Source of the DNA: Terriglobia bacterium
GTDB lineage: Bacteria; Acidobacteriota; Terriglobia; Terriglobales; Acidobacteriaceae
Length of the DNA stretch: 64,000 bases
NCBI GenBank assembly: GCA_963816025.1
Contig: CAWFJA010000015.1
Location: 17,254 to 81,253 of the forward strand
Direction: 5' to 3'
The position numbers were made by a program, and so were the translations under genes. Shown in pieces: positions 21,071-30,232 of this stretch. The notes beneath the pieces are model-generated. The model saw only the letters and a program-made list of their open reading frames with translations, was not told the DNA's origin and did not search any database. How positions within the stretch are numbered: the first letter of the stretch is position 1; each line of letters opens with the position of its first letter.

Positions 21071-22735
21071 TCAGATCTCCAATATCACCGGCATGATCAG
21101 CGGCCGCTTCTGCGTCTGCTTGGACACATATCGCTTCAAATCGGCGCGGATCTTCTCTTTGATCACGCCATAATCGGCTTTCTCCTCGGCGCTCGAGGAA
21201 TCCAGAGTCTGCATCACGATCTGCCGCGCTCCATCGACGAAGCCGTCTTCTCCCGGAGAAAATCCGCGAGTCACAATCTCGGGCGAAGTTTCTACCTTGC
21301 CTGTAAGTTTGTTGATGGCAATGATGGGCAGCACGATACCGTCTTCGCTCAAGTGCCGGCGGTCTTTGACGATCAGGTCTTCGACCACGTCGGTGCGCGA
21401 TCCGGAGTCAATGCAGACCCGGCCGACATTCACCCGGCCGGCTTTGCGCGCCCCCAGTTCGTCGAACTCGAGGATATCGCCGCTCTCGATCAGCATCACA
21501 TTCCCGACTGATCCCTTCATCGCCGCTGCCATCTCCGCATGCAGCTTCAGTTGCCGGTACTCGCCGTGGATGGGAATGAAATACTTCGGCTTGACCAGGT
21601 TGATGATCAGCTTCAATTCTTCCTGGCTGGCGTGTCCGCTGACGTGCACCGGCGGCGAGGAGCCGTCGTCGTAGATGACGTGCGCCTCGCGCCGGAACAG
21701 GTGATCGATCATGCGATAGATGGCTTTCTCATTGCCCGGAATGATCCGGGACGAGAGCATCACGGTGTCGCCCTTTTCGATCTTGGCGTGCTTGTGATTG
21801 TCCACCGCGGCGCGGGAGAGCGCCGACATGGGCTCGCCCTGGGTGCCGCTGATCAGCACGCAGACTTTTTCCGGCGGAAAGTTCTTCATTTCGCCGGGAT
21901 GGATCAGCAGGCCCTCGGGAATCTCGATGTAACCGAGATCTTCCGCGATCTCCGCGGAATTGTTCATCGAGCGGCCGGCAAACGCCACCTTGCGCCCGTG
22001 CTGCCACGCCATCTCCACCACCAGCTTAATGCGATGAATGGAGGATGAAAAACACGAGACAAACAGCCGGCGCTTGGTGTGCGCGAACACTTCGTCAAAC
22101 TTCCGGCGCACCGCGCGCTCGCTCGGCGTGTAGCCCTTGCGCTCGACATTGGTCGAGTCCTGGAACAGCGCCAGCACTCCGGTCTTGCCGTACTCGGCGA
22201 AGGCGTGCAGATCGAACAACCGGTTGTCGGTAGGCGTAGGGTCAACTTTGAAATCGCCGGTATGAATGATCACTCCCAGCGGGGTGTGCACGGCCAGCGC
22301 CACACAATCCACCAGGCTATGTGTGACCTGGATAGGATTGATGGTAAACGGCCCGATCTTGAAACTCTCACCCGCGCGGATCTCGCGCAGGTCGGCGTCG
22401 TCGAGCAATCCGTGCTCTTCGAGTTTGTCCTCGACGTAGGCCAGGGTGAACTCCGTGCCCCAGACCGGCACGTTCAGTTCGCTCAAGATCCACGGCAGGG
22501 CTCCGATATGGTCTTCGTGGCCGTGGGTGAGGATGATGCCCTTCACTCGCTGCCGATTTTCGGTCAGGTAGGAAATATCGGGGACAACAATATCGACGCC
22601 CAGGAGTTCGGCTTCAGGAAACATCAGGCCGCCGTCGATGACGATGATATCGTCACCCCAGCGTACGGCCATGCAGTTCATCCCGAACTCGCCCAGGCCG
22701 CCGAGAGGTACGATGTGCAATTTTCCAGTTGGCAT
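21071..22735 (-). CDS. rnj: ribonuclease J (metallo-beta-lactamase / beta-CASP)
   Basis: HGHEDHIG motif and full-length similarity pattern. ATG 22735 (MPTGKLHIVPLGGLGEFG) is preferred over ORF start 22762. Confidence 0.93.
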   Translation of the reverse strand: MPTGKLHIVPLGGLGEFGMNCMAVRWGDDIIVIDGGLMFPEAELLGVDIVVPDISYLTENRQRVKGIILTHGHEDHIGALPWILSELNVPVWGTEFTLAYVEDKLEEHGLLDDADLREIRAGESFKIGPFTINPIQVTHSLVDCVALAVHTPLGVIIHTGDFKVDPTPTDNRLFDLHAFAEYGKTGVLALFQDSTNVERKGYTPSERAVRRKFDEVFAHTKRRLFVSCFSSSIHRIKLVVEMAWQHGRKVAFAGRSMNNSAEIAEDLGYIEIPEGLLIHPGEMKNFPPEKVCVLISGTQGEPMSALSRAAVDNHKHAKIEKGDTVMLSSRIIPGNEKAIYRMIDHLFRREAHVIYDDGSSPPVHVSGHASQEELKLIINLVKPKYFIPIHGEYRQLKLHAEMAAAMKGSVGNVMLIESGDILEFDELGARKAGRVNVGRVCIDSGSRTDVVEDLIVKDRRHLSEDGIVLPIIAINKLTGKVETSPEIVTRGFSPGEDGFVDGARQIVMQTLDSSSAEEKADYGVIKEKIRADLKRYVSKQTQKRPLIMPVILEI

Positions 22736-22778
22736 GCGGTGTATTGATCGTAGCACAAGCAATGTAGGTGCGAGCGTT

Positions 22779-22925
22779 GTGTGGGGCGGGCGCCCTCGCC
22801 CGCCTGAACGCCGGCGGAGTTACATTCCTGAAAGATCAAAGGGACATCGTTCTCACGGCGGTTCGAAACATGCCTTGGCCGTCGCGATGAGCGACAGTTT
22901 CGCGGGCGGGGCGCCCGCGCCACAC
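22779..22925. repeat. REP-like inverted pair (GTGTGGGGCGGGCGCCC.. units)
   Basis: Left unit is 22779-22804 and the inverted unit is 22902-22925. Same 5-prime GTGTGG(G/C)GCGG signature as the pair at 6239-6368. Confidence 0.7.
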
Positions 22926-22975
22926 ATCCACCGTAATCTTCCCACCAGCCCTCATCTGCGATAAGGTTGAACTAG

Positions 22976-23674
22976 ATGATCGAGCGTGAACCCAAGACGT
23001 GGTTGAGGCGGCGGGTGGAAGACGGCATGCGCCGCGGCTTCCAGCGCGCCTATGAAACCGTCAAGGTAGATCCCGCCAAGTTTCTGCTGCAGGTGCGGGC
23101 CGCTTACGGCCTGCCGATCAGCAATTTTCAAGGCGTTTATTCGTTGGAGGTCGGCCAGTTGGATGCGCTGGCGCATCGCGTGATTCGCAGCGGGATGAAA
23201 GTTGCGGCAGCCGAAGGGGCAGGATTCGGCCTGGGCGGCCTCATCACGATTATTCCGGACCTGGGAATCCTGTCGGGCGTGACCTTGCGGACTATTCAGA
23301 AGCTTAGCCTGCTCTACGGCTTTGAATTCAATACCGAAGAAGAAACGGCAGAATTATGGATCGCGGCCGCCAGCGCTGCCGGTGTCGACATCAGCCGCGA
23401 ACTGCTCGAGAAAGAAGTAGTCAGCCGCTTCGTGCCCCGCGTCATCCAGCGCATTGCCGCGCAAGCCAGCCGGGAGGTGGTGGAGAAATGGTCGGGACGG
23501 ATCATTCCTCTTGCCAGTTCCGTGATCGGCGCCGGCCTGAACTATTACTTCGTTCGCGCCTGGGGAGAACGCGCCCGCTCTCATTTCCGCAAACGTCACA
23601 TGGAGATTCGCAGCCAGATGGCCGAGGGGAAGCTGATCGTCGTGTCCGATGCTCCGAAGGCGCTGCCGTCGTAG
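22976..23674 (+). CDS. EcsC family protein
   Basis: 232 aa. EcsC-like core AAEGAGFGLGGLITIIPDLGILSGVTLRTIQKLSLLYGF. Confidence 0.75.
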   Translation: MIEREPKTWLRRRVEDGMRRGFQRAYETVKVDPAKFLLQVRAAYGLPISNFQGVYSLEVGQLDALAHRVIRSGMKVAAAEGAGFGLGGLITIIPDLGILSGVTLRTIQKLSLLYGFEFNTEEETAELWIAAASAAGVDISRELLEKEVVSRFVPRVIQRIAAQASREVVEKWSGRIIPLASSVIGAGLNYYFVRAWGERARSHFRKRHMEIRSQMAEGKLIVVSDAPKALPS

Positions 23675-23691
23675 TGTCGTCTTGAGGAAAT

Positions 23692-23743
23692 TCCTTTGCG
23701 TCCTTTGCGGTCAAGAGCTTTAAACCGCAAAGATCGCAAAGGA
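23692..23743. repeat. hairpin repeat (CCTTTGCG / CGCAAAGG type)
   Basis: TCCTTTGCGTCCTTTGCGGT ... ACCGCAAAGATCGCAAAGGA. Two 9-bp helices separated by a 2-nt internal loop. Confidence 0.6.
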
Positions 23744-23773
23744 CTCCGCAAAGTTCGCGAAGAAAACCTGACC

Positions 23774-24427
23774 ATGAAAACATTCGACTGTGCTGCCATC
23801 CTCTTCGACCTCGACGGAGTTCTTGTGGACTCTACCCGCTCAGTCACTCGCCAGTGGCGCAGGTGGGCGGAGGAGAACAACATAGACCCGCAAAAAGTCG
23901 TGGAGGTCGCACATGGCGTTCGCACCATCGAGATCGTGCGTACGCTGGCGCCACACCTTGACGCCGCCGCCGAAGTAATCAGAATAGAAAAGCGTGAAGC
24001 GGACGACCAGGAAGGCGTTGCCGTCATGCCCGGCGCCGCGGAGTTGCTCAAAGCCATTCCCGAAGGCCGCTGGTGCGTCGTGACTTCCGGTACCCGCTAT
24101 CTGGCTACGGCCCGGCTGAAGCTGGCAAACCTGCCCACTCCGAAGGTGCTGGTTTCAGCGAACGATGTGTCCAAAGGCAAGCCCGACCCCGAACCCTATC
24201 TGATGGGAGCTAAACTTCTTGGCATGAATCCCGTCGAGTGCCTGGTTATCGAAGACGCGCCGGCAGGCATTCGCGCTGCCCACGCCGGAGGAATGAAGGC
24301 AGTCGCGATCACCAGCACGTATCCTCAGTCGGATCTGCACGAAGCTGATGCGGTCGTGCAAAACCTGGCGCAGATAAGAATTAAAAACACTGGTGGCCCG
24401 GGTCGACTAAGCGTAAGCGTCGAATAG
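23774..24427 (+). CDS. HAD-superfamily hydrolase (beta-phosphoglucomutase-like subfamily IA)
   Basis: ATG 23774. Motif I is FDLDGVLVDS and motif IV is EDAPAGIRAAHAAG-like. Confidence 0.85.
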   Translation: MKTFDCAAILFDLDGVLVDSTRSVTRQWRRWAEENNIDPQKVVEVAHGVRTIEIVRTLAPHLDAAAEVIRIEKREADDQEGVAVMPGAAELLKAIPEGRWCVVTSGTRYLATARLKLANLPTPKVLVSANDVSKGKPDPEPYLMGAKLLGMNPVECLVIEDAPAGIRAAHAGGMKAVAITSTYPQSDLHEADAVVQNLAQIRIKNTGGPGRLSVSVE

Positions 24428-24478
24428 AATCGCGTCGCAAATCACGGATCAGTCAACGTCCAGCTGAACACTCGATGA

Positions 24479-24567
24479 AGAGCCGCGAAGCGGCGCCAGA
24501 ATGCAGCCCCGGGCGCAAGCCCGGGGTGTAGGGCGGGGAATGACAGGGCCCCGAAGGGGCGAAAGAA
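24479..24567 (+). repeat. structured repeat family E (..AGAATGCAGCCCNGGGCGNAAGCCCNGGG..), copy E1
   Basis: Aligns end to end with the reverse complement of 28962-29049. Confidence 0.75.
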
Positions 24568-24586
24568 GCGGCTGCGAAAGAATCGG

Positions 24587-25417
24587 CTATCTTAGCCACT
24601 CCTCCAGCTCAATCCCTCGATCCGTTTTCTCGTCGCGATATTTCACGATCACCGGAGTATAGAGCGAAAGATTCCACTCCGCCGCAAGGCCTCTTTTCAC
24701 GGCTCGCGATCCGGGCACGACCACGGCGTTCTCCGGAACTTCCAAAGGTTTTTCCTCCGACGCCTTGTAGACCTGGCCGCGCACAATGTCGTAGAGCGGG
24801 GTGGAGCGGGTCAGAATCGTCCCTGCCCCCAGCACGGCCCGCGCGCGCACCAGCGTGCCTTCATAGACGCCACAATTGCCGCCCACCAGAACGTCGTCTT
24901 CTATGATCACGGGCGCGGCGTTGACCGGTTCGAGCACTCCGCCAATCTGGGCCGCCGCGCTCAGGTGGACACGCTTGCCGACCTGCGCGCAGGACCCGAC
25001 CAGGGCGTGGGAATCGACCATGGTGCCTTCATCCACATACGCGCCGACGTTAATGAACATGGGCGGCATGCAGATCACGGAGGGCGCGACATACGCTCCC
25101 TCCCGCACCGATGATCCGCCGGGCACCACGCGCACCTTGTCGGCTACGGCAAACTGGCGCGCCGGGAAAGTGTCTTTGTCCACGAAGGACAGCGAGGCGT
25201 CGCCCATCTTCACCAGTTCGCCCAGACGAAAGCCCAGCAGGATGCCCTGTTTTACCCAGGCATTCACCTTCCAATCGCCATTGATCTTTTCGGCGGCGCG
25301 AATCTTGCCCTGGGTCAGCTGCTCGCGAAATTCCAGAAATGTTTTTCGGGCGTCGGGATTTCGTTCCACCTCGCCCAGCGTGGCCAGGCGCTCGATGGCA
25401 GATTGCAGGGAGGACAT
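24587..25417 (-). CDS. dapD: 2,3,4,5-tetrahydropyridine-2,6-dicarboxylate N-succinyltransferase
   Basis: 276 aa with a left-handed beta-helix hexapeptide region and the typical DapD N-terminal domain. Confidence 0.88.
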   Translation of the reverse strand: MSSLQSAIERLATLGEVERNPDARKTFLEFREQLTQGKIRAAEKINGDWKVNAWVKQGILLGFRLGELVKMGDASLSFVDKDTFPARQFAVADKVRVVPGGSSVREGAYVAPSVICMPPMFINVGAYVDEGTMVDSHALVGSCAQVGKRVHLSAAAQIGGVLEPVNAAPVIIEDDVLVGGNCGVYEGTLVRARAVLGAGTILTRSTPLYDIVRGQVYKASEEKPLEVPENAVVVPGSRAVKRGLAAEWNLSLYTPVIVKYRDEKTDRGIELEEWLR

Positions 25418-25441
25418 GAGAAGGGAAGTATAGAAGAAAGA

Positions 25442-25549
25442 ATTTCAGATTGCAGATTTTAGATTGCAGATTGAAAAAATATGGTGGGACCGTCCGATGG
25501 CGGGAAGCGGAGGTTTTCAATCTGCAATCTAAAATCCCCAACCTGAAAT
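25442..25549. repeat. AT-rich long hairpin (CAGATTGCAGATTTTAGATTGCAGATTGAAAA / inverted copy)
   Basis: 25458-25477 pairs perfectly (20 bp) with 25514-25533. An outer ATTTCAG/CTGAAAT pairing is also present, and the loop is 36 nt. Confidence 0.8.
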
Positions 25550-26676
25550 CAAATACACTTGCACTCGCTCCGGATCAGCACGCCGGCCATGTGGTGCGAA
25601 GCCTCGCGGGCCTCGGAGAGCGTCGGATAAGGGCCATGCCAGCGGGCGTGGTTGGCATCGTGCCCCGCCGGCCGGCCCTTGCCGTGATTGCACTGGCCGC
25701 AACTGGAGCGGTGCAGAACGCTCTTGTGCGGCCCCGCCAGCCAGTTTTCGTAGACGTAGAAATCTGCGGCTTCCGCCGCCGGAGCGGCCGGCTTGCTGAT
25801 CAATCCCGCTTCGGCAGCGATCTTTTGCAGCCTGGACCGGGTATCGCGGCGCATGGGCAGCATCGGCAGCCGGTATACCTCTTCGATTTTCCCCATCATG
25901 GCCAGCACGGCCTTCACTGGCAGCGGATTGGACTCGATAAAGTTCGCCAGCATCAACGGCAGATATTTGCGGTGAATGCGGCGCGCCGTCTCCCAGTCGT
26001 TGCTCAGCGCGGCGCGAGTCATGTCCGCCATTTCACGCGGAATTTCGTTGGATGCCACGGAGATAATTCCCACGCCGCCGAGTGCGATCAGGGGCAAAGT
26101 CACGGCGTCGTCGCCCGACAAAACCGCAAAAGTTACCGGAACGACGTTGCAGACCTCGGCCATCTGATTGATATTGCCACTGGCCTCCTTGACGGCGGCG
26201 ATGTTCGGAACCTCCGCCAGCCGCGCCAGCGTGCCCGGTTCGATGTTCGCTCCGGTCCGGCCCGGGACGTTATAAAGAATGATGGGCTTGTCCACGGCTT
26301 CCGCGATGGCGCGGAAGTGCCGGTACTGTCCTTCCTGCGTCGGCTTGTTGTAATAAGGCGAAGCTGTGAGGATGCCGGTGACTCCCGGCAGTGCGGCCAA
26401 CTCCTTGGCCTTATGGACGGCGTCCTGGGTCGAATTGGAAGTGGCGCCCGCCACAATCGGTACTCGCCCGGACGCTACTTCGATGGTGATATCGATGACC
26501 CGCAACCATTCGTCGTGGGAAAGTGTGGGCGTCTCGCCGGTGGTGCCGCAAGGGACCAGAAAATCGATCCCCGATTCCACCTGCCACGCGACCAGGTTGC
26601 GCAGGGCAGTCTCGTCAACCGAGCCGTCCTGTTGAAACGGAGTGACCAAAGCCGTACCGCAGCCACGAAATTGCAT
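25549..26676 (-). CDS. dapA: 4-hydroxy-tetrahydrodipicolinate synthase with about 80-aa C-terminal Cys-rich extension
   Basis: DapA core is residues 1-293 (GTTGE, YNVPGRTG, active-site AAVKEASG). Residues 306-375 form an extra CxxC...CxC module in the same ORF. Confidence 0.9.
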   Translation of the reverse strand: MQFRGCGTALVTPFQQDGSVDETALRNLVAWQVESGIDFLVPCGTTGETPTLSHDEWLRVIDITIEVASGRVPIVAGATSNSTQDAVHKAKELAALPGVTGILTASPYYNKPTQEGQYRHFRAIAEAVDKPIILYNVPGRTGANIEPGTLARLAEVPNIAAVKEASGNINQMAEVCNVVPVTFAVLSGDDAVTLPLIALGGVGIISVASNEIPREMADMTRAALSNDWETARRIHRKYLPLMLANFIESNPLPVKAVLAMMGKIEEVYRLPMLPMRRDTRSRLQKIAAEAGLISKPAAPAAEAADFYVYENWLAGPHKSVLHRSSCGQCNHGKGRPAGHDANHARWHGPYPTLSEAREASHHMAGVLIRSECKCI

Positions 26677-26791
26677 GACATAAAGATAACGCTAATCCGG
26701 GTGTGCGCAAAACTGCAGGCGGCCTTGTGCCTGGCACGAACCACGTAGGGGCGGGCGCCCTCGCGCGCCCAGCCGGGCCAAGCTCGGCTCT

Positions 26792-27472
26792 TCAGGTCTC
26801 TCTCCAAATATCCTTAAAATCGAAAAACCCCTTTTTCCCGGCCAGCCATTCCGCAGCCCGCACCGCCCCCTCGGCAAATCCGCGGCGCGACTTGGAATCG
26901 TGGCAAAGATAAATCGTGTCGTTGGGCGAGTCGAGCACGATCTCATGCATGCCCACCACATCGCCCTCGCGGAACGAGGTGATTTCCAACTCTTTACCCG
27001 AGGCATCGCGAATAATTTTCTGCAGAGTCACTGCCGTCCCCGAAGGCGCGTCTTTCTTCAGAGCATGATGACGCTCAAAGATTTGTCCTGAATAATGATG
27101 CTGCAAAATTCCCGCCGCGGTGCGTGCGGCCTCGAAAAGTAAATTGATGCCGATGGAGAAGTTCGCGCCATACAGGAAACCAATCCCATTCCGTTCGACC
27201 AGGTGTCGTACCTCGTCCAGGTCGCCGTACCAGCCCGTGGTCCCGACCACCATGCTCTTGCCCGCACGGACGCAAGCTTCGATATTTCCCAGGACAGCCT
27301 GCGGCGTTGTGAAATCAATCACGACATCGACATCGCGCAGTTTCTCCGCAGTGAGCGCCGACGCGCTCGGATTTTCCGCCGCGCCCAGTAACGTTGTGTT
27401 GTGGCCTCGTTGGCGCGCTATTTCCGCGACCAGAGAGCCGGTCTTACCGCGTCCCAGGATAAGCAGGTTCAC
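26792..27472 (-). CDS. dapB: 4-hydroxy-tetrahydrodipicolinate reductase
   Basis: 226 aa with a Rossmann N-terminus (LILGRGKTG) and HHALKKDAPSGTA (DapB signature E/HxHHxxKxDxPSGTA). Confidence 0.9.
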   Translation of the reverse strand: MNLLILGRGKTGSLVAEIARQRGHNTTLLGAAENPSASALTAEKLRDVDVVIDFTTPQAVLGNIEACVRAGKSMVVGTTGWYGDLDEVRHLVERNGIGFLYGANFSIGINLLFEAARTAAGILQHHYSGQIFERHHALKKDAPSGTAVTLQKIIRDASGKELEITSFREGDVVGMHEIVLDSPNDTIYLCHDSKSRRGFAEGAVRAAEWLAGKKGFFDFKDIWRET

Positions 27473-27489
27473 AAGAAATCCTTGTCATC

Positions 27490-28863
27490 TCACGCGAATA
27501 CTTCCGGATCCAAATCCGAGAAGAACGTTTTGTGCAGTCGTTGCACTACATCGGAGACGACGTCCTCCTCGACCACAAACGTCAGATTGATTTCAGAAGC
27601 TCCCTGCGAAATCATGCGGATTTTGACGTCGGCCAATTCGCCGAACACCCGCGCCGCTATGCCTGGAGTGTCCCGCAAATTCTCGCCGACCAGGCAGACG
27701 ATGGCCTTGCGGCCCTCATATTTTACGTCGGCCAGTTTAGCCAGATCCGCGGCCAGGGGAGGAATCGACTCGTTCGAGTCGACCGTCAGCGAAACGCTGA
27801 CCTCGGAAGTGGAGACTACATCCACCGCGACGCGATGCCGGTCGAAGGCGGCGAAAATCGCGCTGAGAAAACCATGGGCCAGCTGCATGCGAGGAGCGGC
27901 AACGTCCACAATGGTGATGCGCTTTTTCACCGCGATGGCCTTGAAAGAGTTCCGGCAGTGGGGCGCCCGAGCGGTGATGCGCGTGCCTTCGCACTGGGGA
28001 TTGCTGGAGTTCAGAATATAAACCGGAATATTCTTCTGCACCGCAGGCAACACAGTGGCCGGGTGCAAGACTTTGGCTCCAAAGTAGGCCAGCTCCGCCG
28101 CCTCATCGAAGCTGATTACTTTGATCCGCCGGGCGTCCGCGCTCATGCGCGGGTCAGTGGTCATCATGCCGTCCACGTCGGTCCATATCTCGATACGTTC
28201 GGCGCCCAGGCCGGCGCCTGCGATGGCGGCGGAATAGTCGGAACCACCGCGGCCGATGGTGGTGGTGATTCCGGCCTTCGATGCTCCTATGAAACCCCCC
28301 ATGACCGGGACTCTGCCCGCTGCCACCAGGGGCGCGACTTTGGACTGCAATCTCTGGTTGGTTTCCTCAAACTGGGGAGCGGCGCGCATATGAGCGCTGT
28401 CGGTCACCAGCCACTCGCGGGAATCCACCAGCGCGGCGGGCATGCCCAGCGCGGAGAACGCCGCCGCCACAATTTTGCTGGACAGGATTTCTCCGAATGC
28501 CGAGACGTAGTCCGTGGTGCGCGGAGTGAGTTCGCCGACGGCGGAGATGCCGCGCAGCAATTCTTCCAGAGTTTCAAAGTCAGCGCCCAGGTCGCCATGA
28601 AACTGCGTGAACAGCGCGGTCCCCAGCAGTTCTCCGGCGGTGTTGTAGTGGCGCTCTTGCAGCGTCCGGCAAAGTTTCAACGCCGTCTTGCGGTCGCCGG
28701 CGCCGGCGGCGCGGGCCATGGCCAGCAACTGGTCGGTCACTTTGGCCATGGCGCTGACCACGACCACCGGCTTTTGCTCCAGCCGGCCTTTGACGATGGC
28801 GCCGGCGCGCTCGATGGCCTTGGCGTCCTGCACCGAGGTACCGCCGAACTTCATGACGATCAT
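27490..28863 (-). CDS. lysC: aspartate kinase
   Basis: 457 aa. KFGGTSV N-terminus, amino-acid kinase fold and C-terminal ACT domains. Confidence 0.93.
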   Translation of the reverse strand: MIVMKFGGTSVQDAKAIERAGAIVKGRLEQKPVVVVSAMAKVTDQLLAMARAAGAGDRKTALKLCRTLQERHYNTAGELLGTALFTQFHGDLGADFETLEELLRGISAVGELTPRTTDYVSAFGEILSSKIVAAAFSALGMPAALVDSREWLVTDSAHMRAAPQFEETNQRLQSKVAPLVAAGRVPVMGGFIGASKAGITTTIGRGGSDYSAAIAGAGLGAERIEIWTDVDGMMTTDPRMSADARRIKVISFDEAAELAYFGAKVLHPATVLPAVQKNIPVYILNSSNPQCEGTRITARAPHCRNSFKAIAVKKRITIVDVAAPRMQLAHGFLSAIFAAFDRHRVAVDVVSTSEVSVSLTVDSNESIPPLAADLAKLADVKYEGRKAIVCLVGENLRDTPGIAARVFGELADVKIRMISQGASEINLTFVVEEDVVSDVVQRLHKTFFSDLDPEVFA

Positions 28864-28961
28864 CGAGGTGAGGTCCTCACCAACGGAAGAACGTCAATAG
28901 GCGCAGGAGCTGCGTGCAAGTTAGTGATCAGCGAAGTGCAAATCGGCTGTTGTCGCAACTT

Positions 28962-29049
28962 TTCTTTCGCTCCTTCGGAGCTTGGTCATTCTGCGCTTTT
29001 GACCCAGGGCTTACGCCCTGGGCTGCATTCTTGCGCCGCTTGGCGGCTC
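28962..29049 (-). repeat. structured repeat family E, copy E2 (inverted orientation)
   Basis: Its reverse complement aligns with E1. Both hairpins are kept through paired substitutions. Confidence 0.75.
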
Positions 29050-29068
29050 ATCGGCAGAGCTGTGTCCA

Positions 29069-30121
29069 TCATCCAAGATAGCCCTGCACCTTCAGCAACT
29101 CGGCATTCAGCAGCGCCGCCCCCGCCGCCCCGCGAATGGTATTGTGCGAGAGCACGGTGAACTTCCAGTCCAGTACGCCACAGGGACGCAGCCGGCCCAC
29201 CGTAGTCGTCATGCCGTTTCCTGAGTCGACGTCCAAGCGCGGCTGCGGACGATCACTCGGCGTCAAGTACCGCACCGGCTGCTCGGGAGCGCTGGGCAAC
29301 TTCATCTCCTGCGGCAAACTGCGGAACTTGGTCCAGACCTCGATGATCTCCTCCGGCCTCGCTTTTTTCGTGAGCTTCACCGAAACCGATTCCGTATGGC
29401 CGTCCTCAACCGCGACCCGGTTGCACTGGGCGCTCATGCCGAACGAACCCATTACGATGCCAGAGCCGTTCAGTTTGCCCAGCAGCTTGCGGGTTTCTTC
29501 CTCCATCTTTTCTTCTTCTTTCGAGATGTAGGGAATCACGTTGCCCAGAATGTCCAGTGAAGCCACTCCGGGATATCCCGCGCCGCTGACGGCTTGCATG
29601 GTGACCGCCATCACGGTGTCCAATCCAAACGCGTGTTGCAGCGGAGCTAACGCAATGACCAGGCCAATGGCTGAGCAATTCGGATTCGTGACCACGAATC
29701 CGCCCGACTTCTTACGCCACGCCTGGCATTCGAGCAGCTTGACGTGATCGTGATTAACTTCCGGAATGACCAGGGGCACATCTTTTTGCATGCGCAGCGC
29801 GCTGGAGTTGCTGATCACGGCGCATCCGGCGTCGGCAAAACGCGGTTCCATCTCCGCCGCGATGGAAGCATCGAGCGCGGCAAAAATAACTTTGGGCGCG
29901 CCCTGTGGACTTGCGGGCGCAACTCGCATTTCCGCTATCTGTTTGGGGATTGCCGTCTTCAGCTTCCACCGCGCGGCCTCGGCATACGGACGGCCCTCGG
30001 AGCGGTCCGAAGCCGCCAGCCACGCCACCTCGAACCAGGGATGATGCTCCAGCATCTGCACGAAACGCTGCCCGACAATTCCGGTGGCGCCCAGGATTCC
30101 TACAGGGATTTTCGCAGTCAT
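29069..30121 (-). CDS. asd: aspartate-semialdehyde dehydrogenase
   Basis: 350 aa. GATGIVGQ NAD(P) motif and active-site NPNCS. Confidence 0.93.
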   Translation of the reverse strand: MTAKIPVGILGATGIVGQRFVQMLEHHPWFEVAWLAASDRSEGRPYAEAARWKLKTAIPKQIAEMRVAPASPQGAPKVIFAALDASIAAEMEPRFADAGCAVISNSSALRMQKDVPLVIPEVNHDHVKLLECQAWRKKSGGFVVTNPNCSAIGLVIALAPLQHAFGLDTVMAVTMQAVSGAGYPGVASLDILGNVIPYISKEEEKMEEETRKLLGKLNGSGIVMGSFGMSAQCNRVAVEDGHTESVSVKLTKKARPEEIIEVWTKFRSLPQEMKLPSAPEQPVRYLTPSDRPQPRLDVDSGNGMTTTVGRLRPCGVLDWKFTVLSHNTIRGAAGAALLNAELLKVQGYLG

Positions 30122-30232
30122 TCTTGGGATTTTACAACACCGCTGGCTCGCGCCTCCGCGGTCGAACGCGAAACAGGTGTCTGAGTAGTGTCATCAAGCG
30201 CCGGTGCGCCGTGTTCAGACGTCGTTCGTGGC

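Noticed and set aside
25442-25549. Possible CRISPR arrays at 25442-25549, 35214-35259 and 53053-53152
   Set aside because: The repeat units are only 7-15 nt, are adjacent or inverted with no unique spacers, and no cas genes or leader are present.
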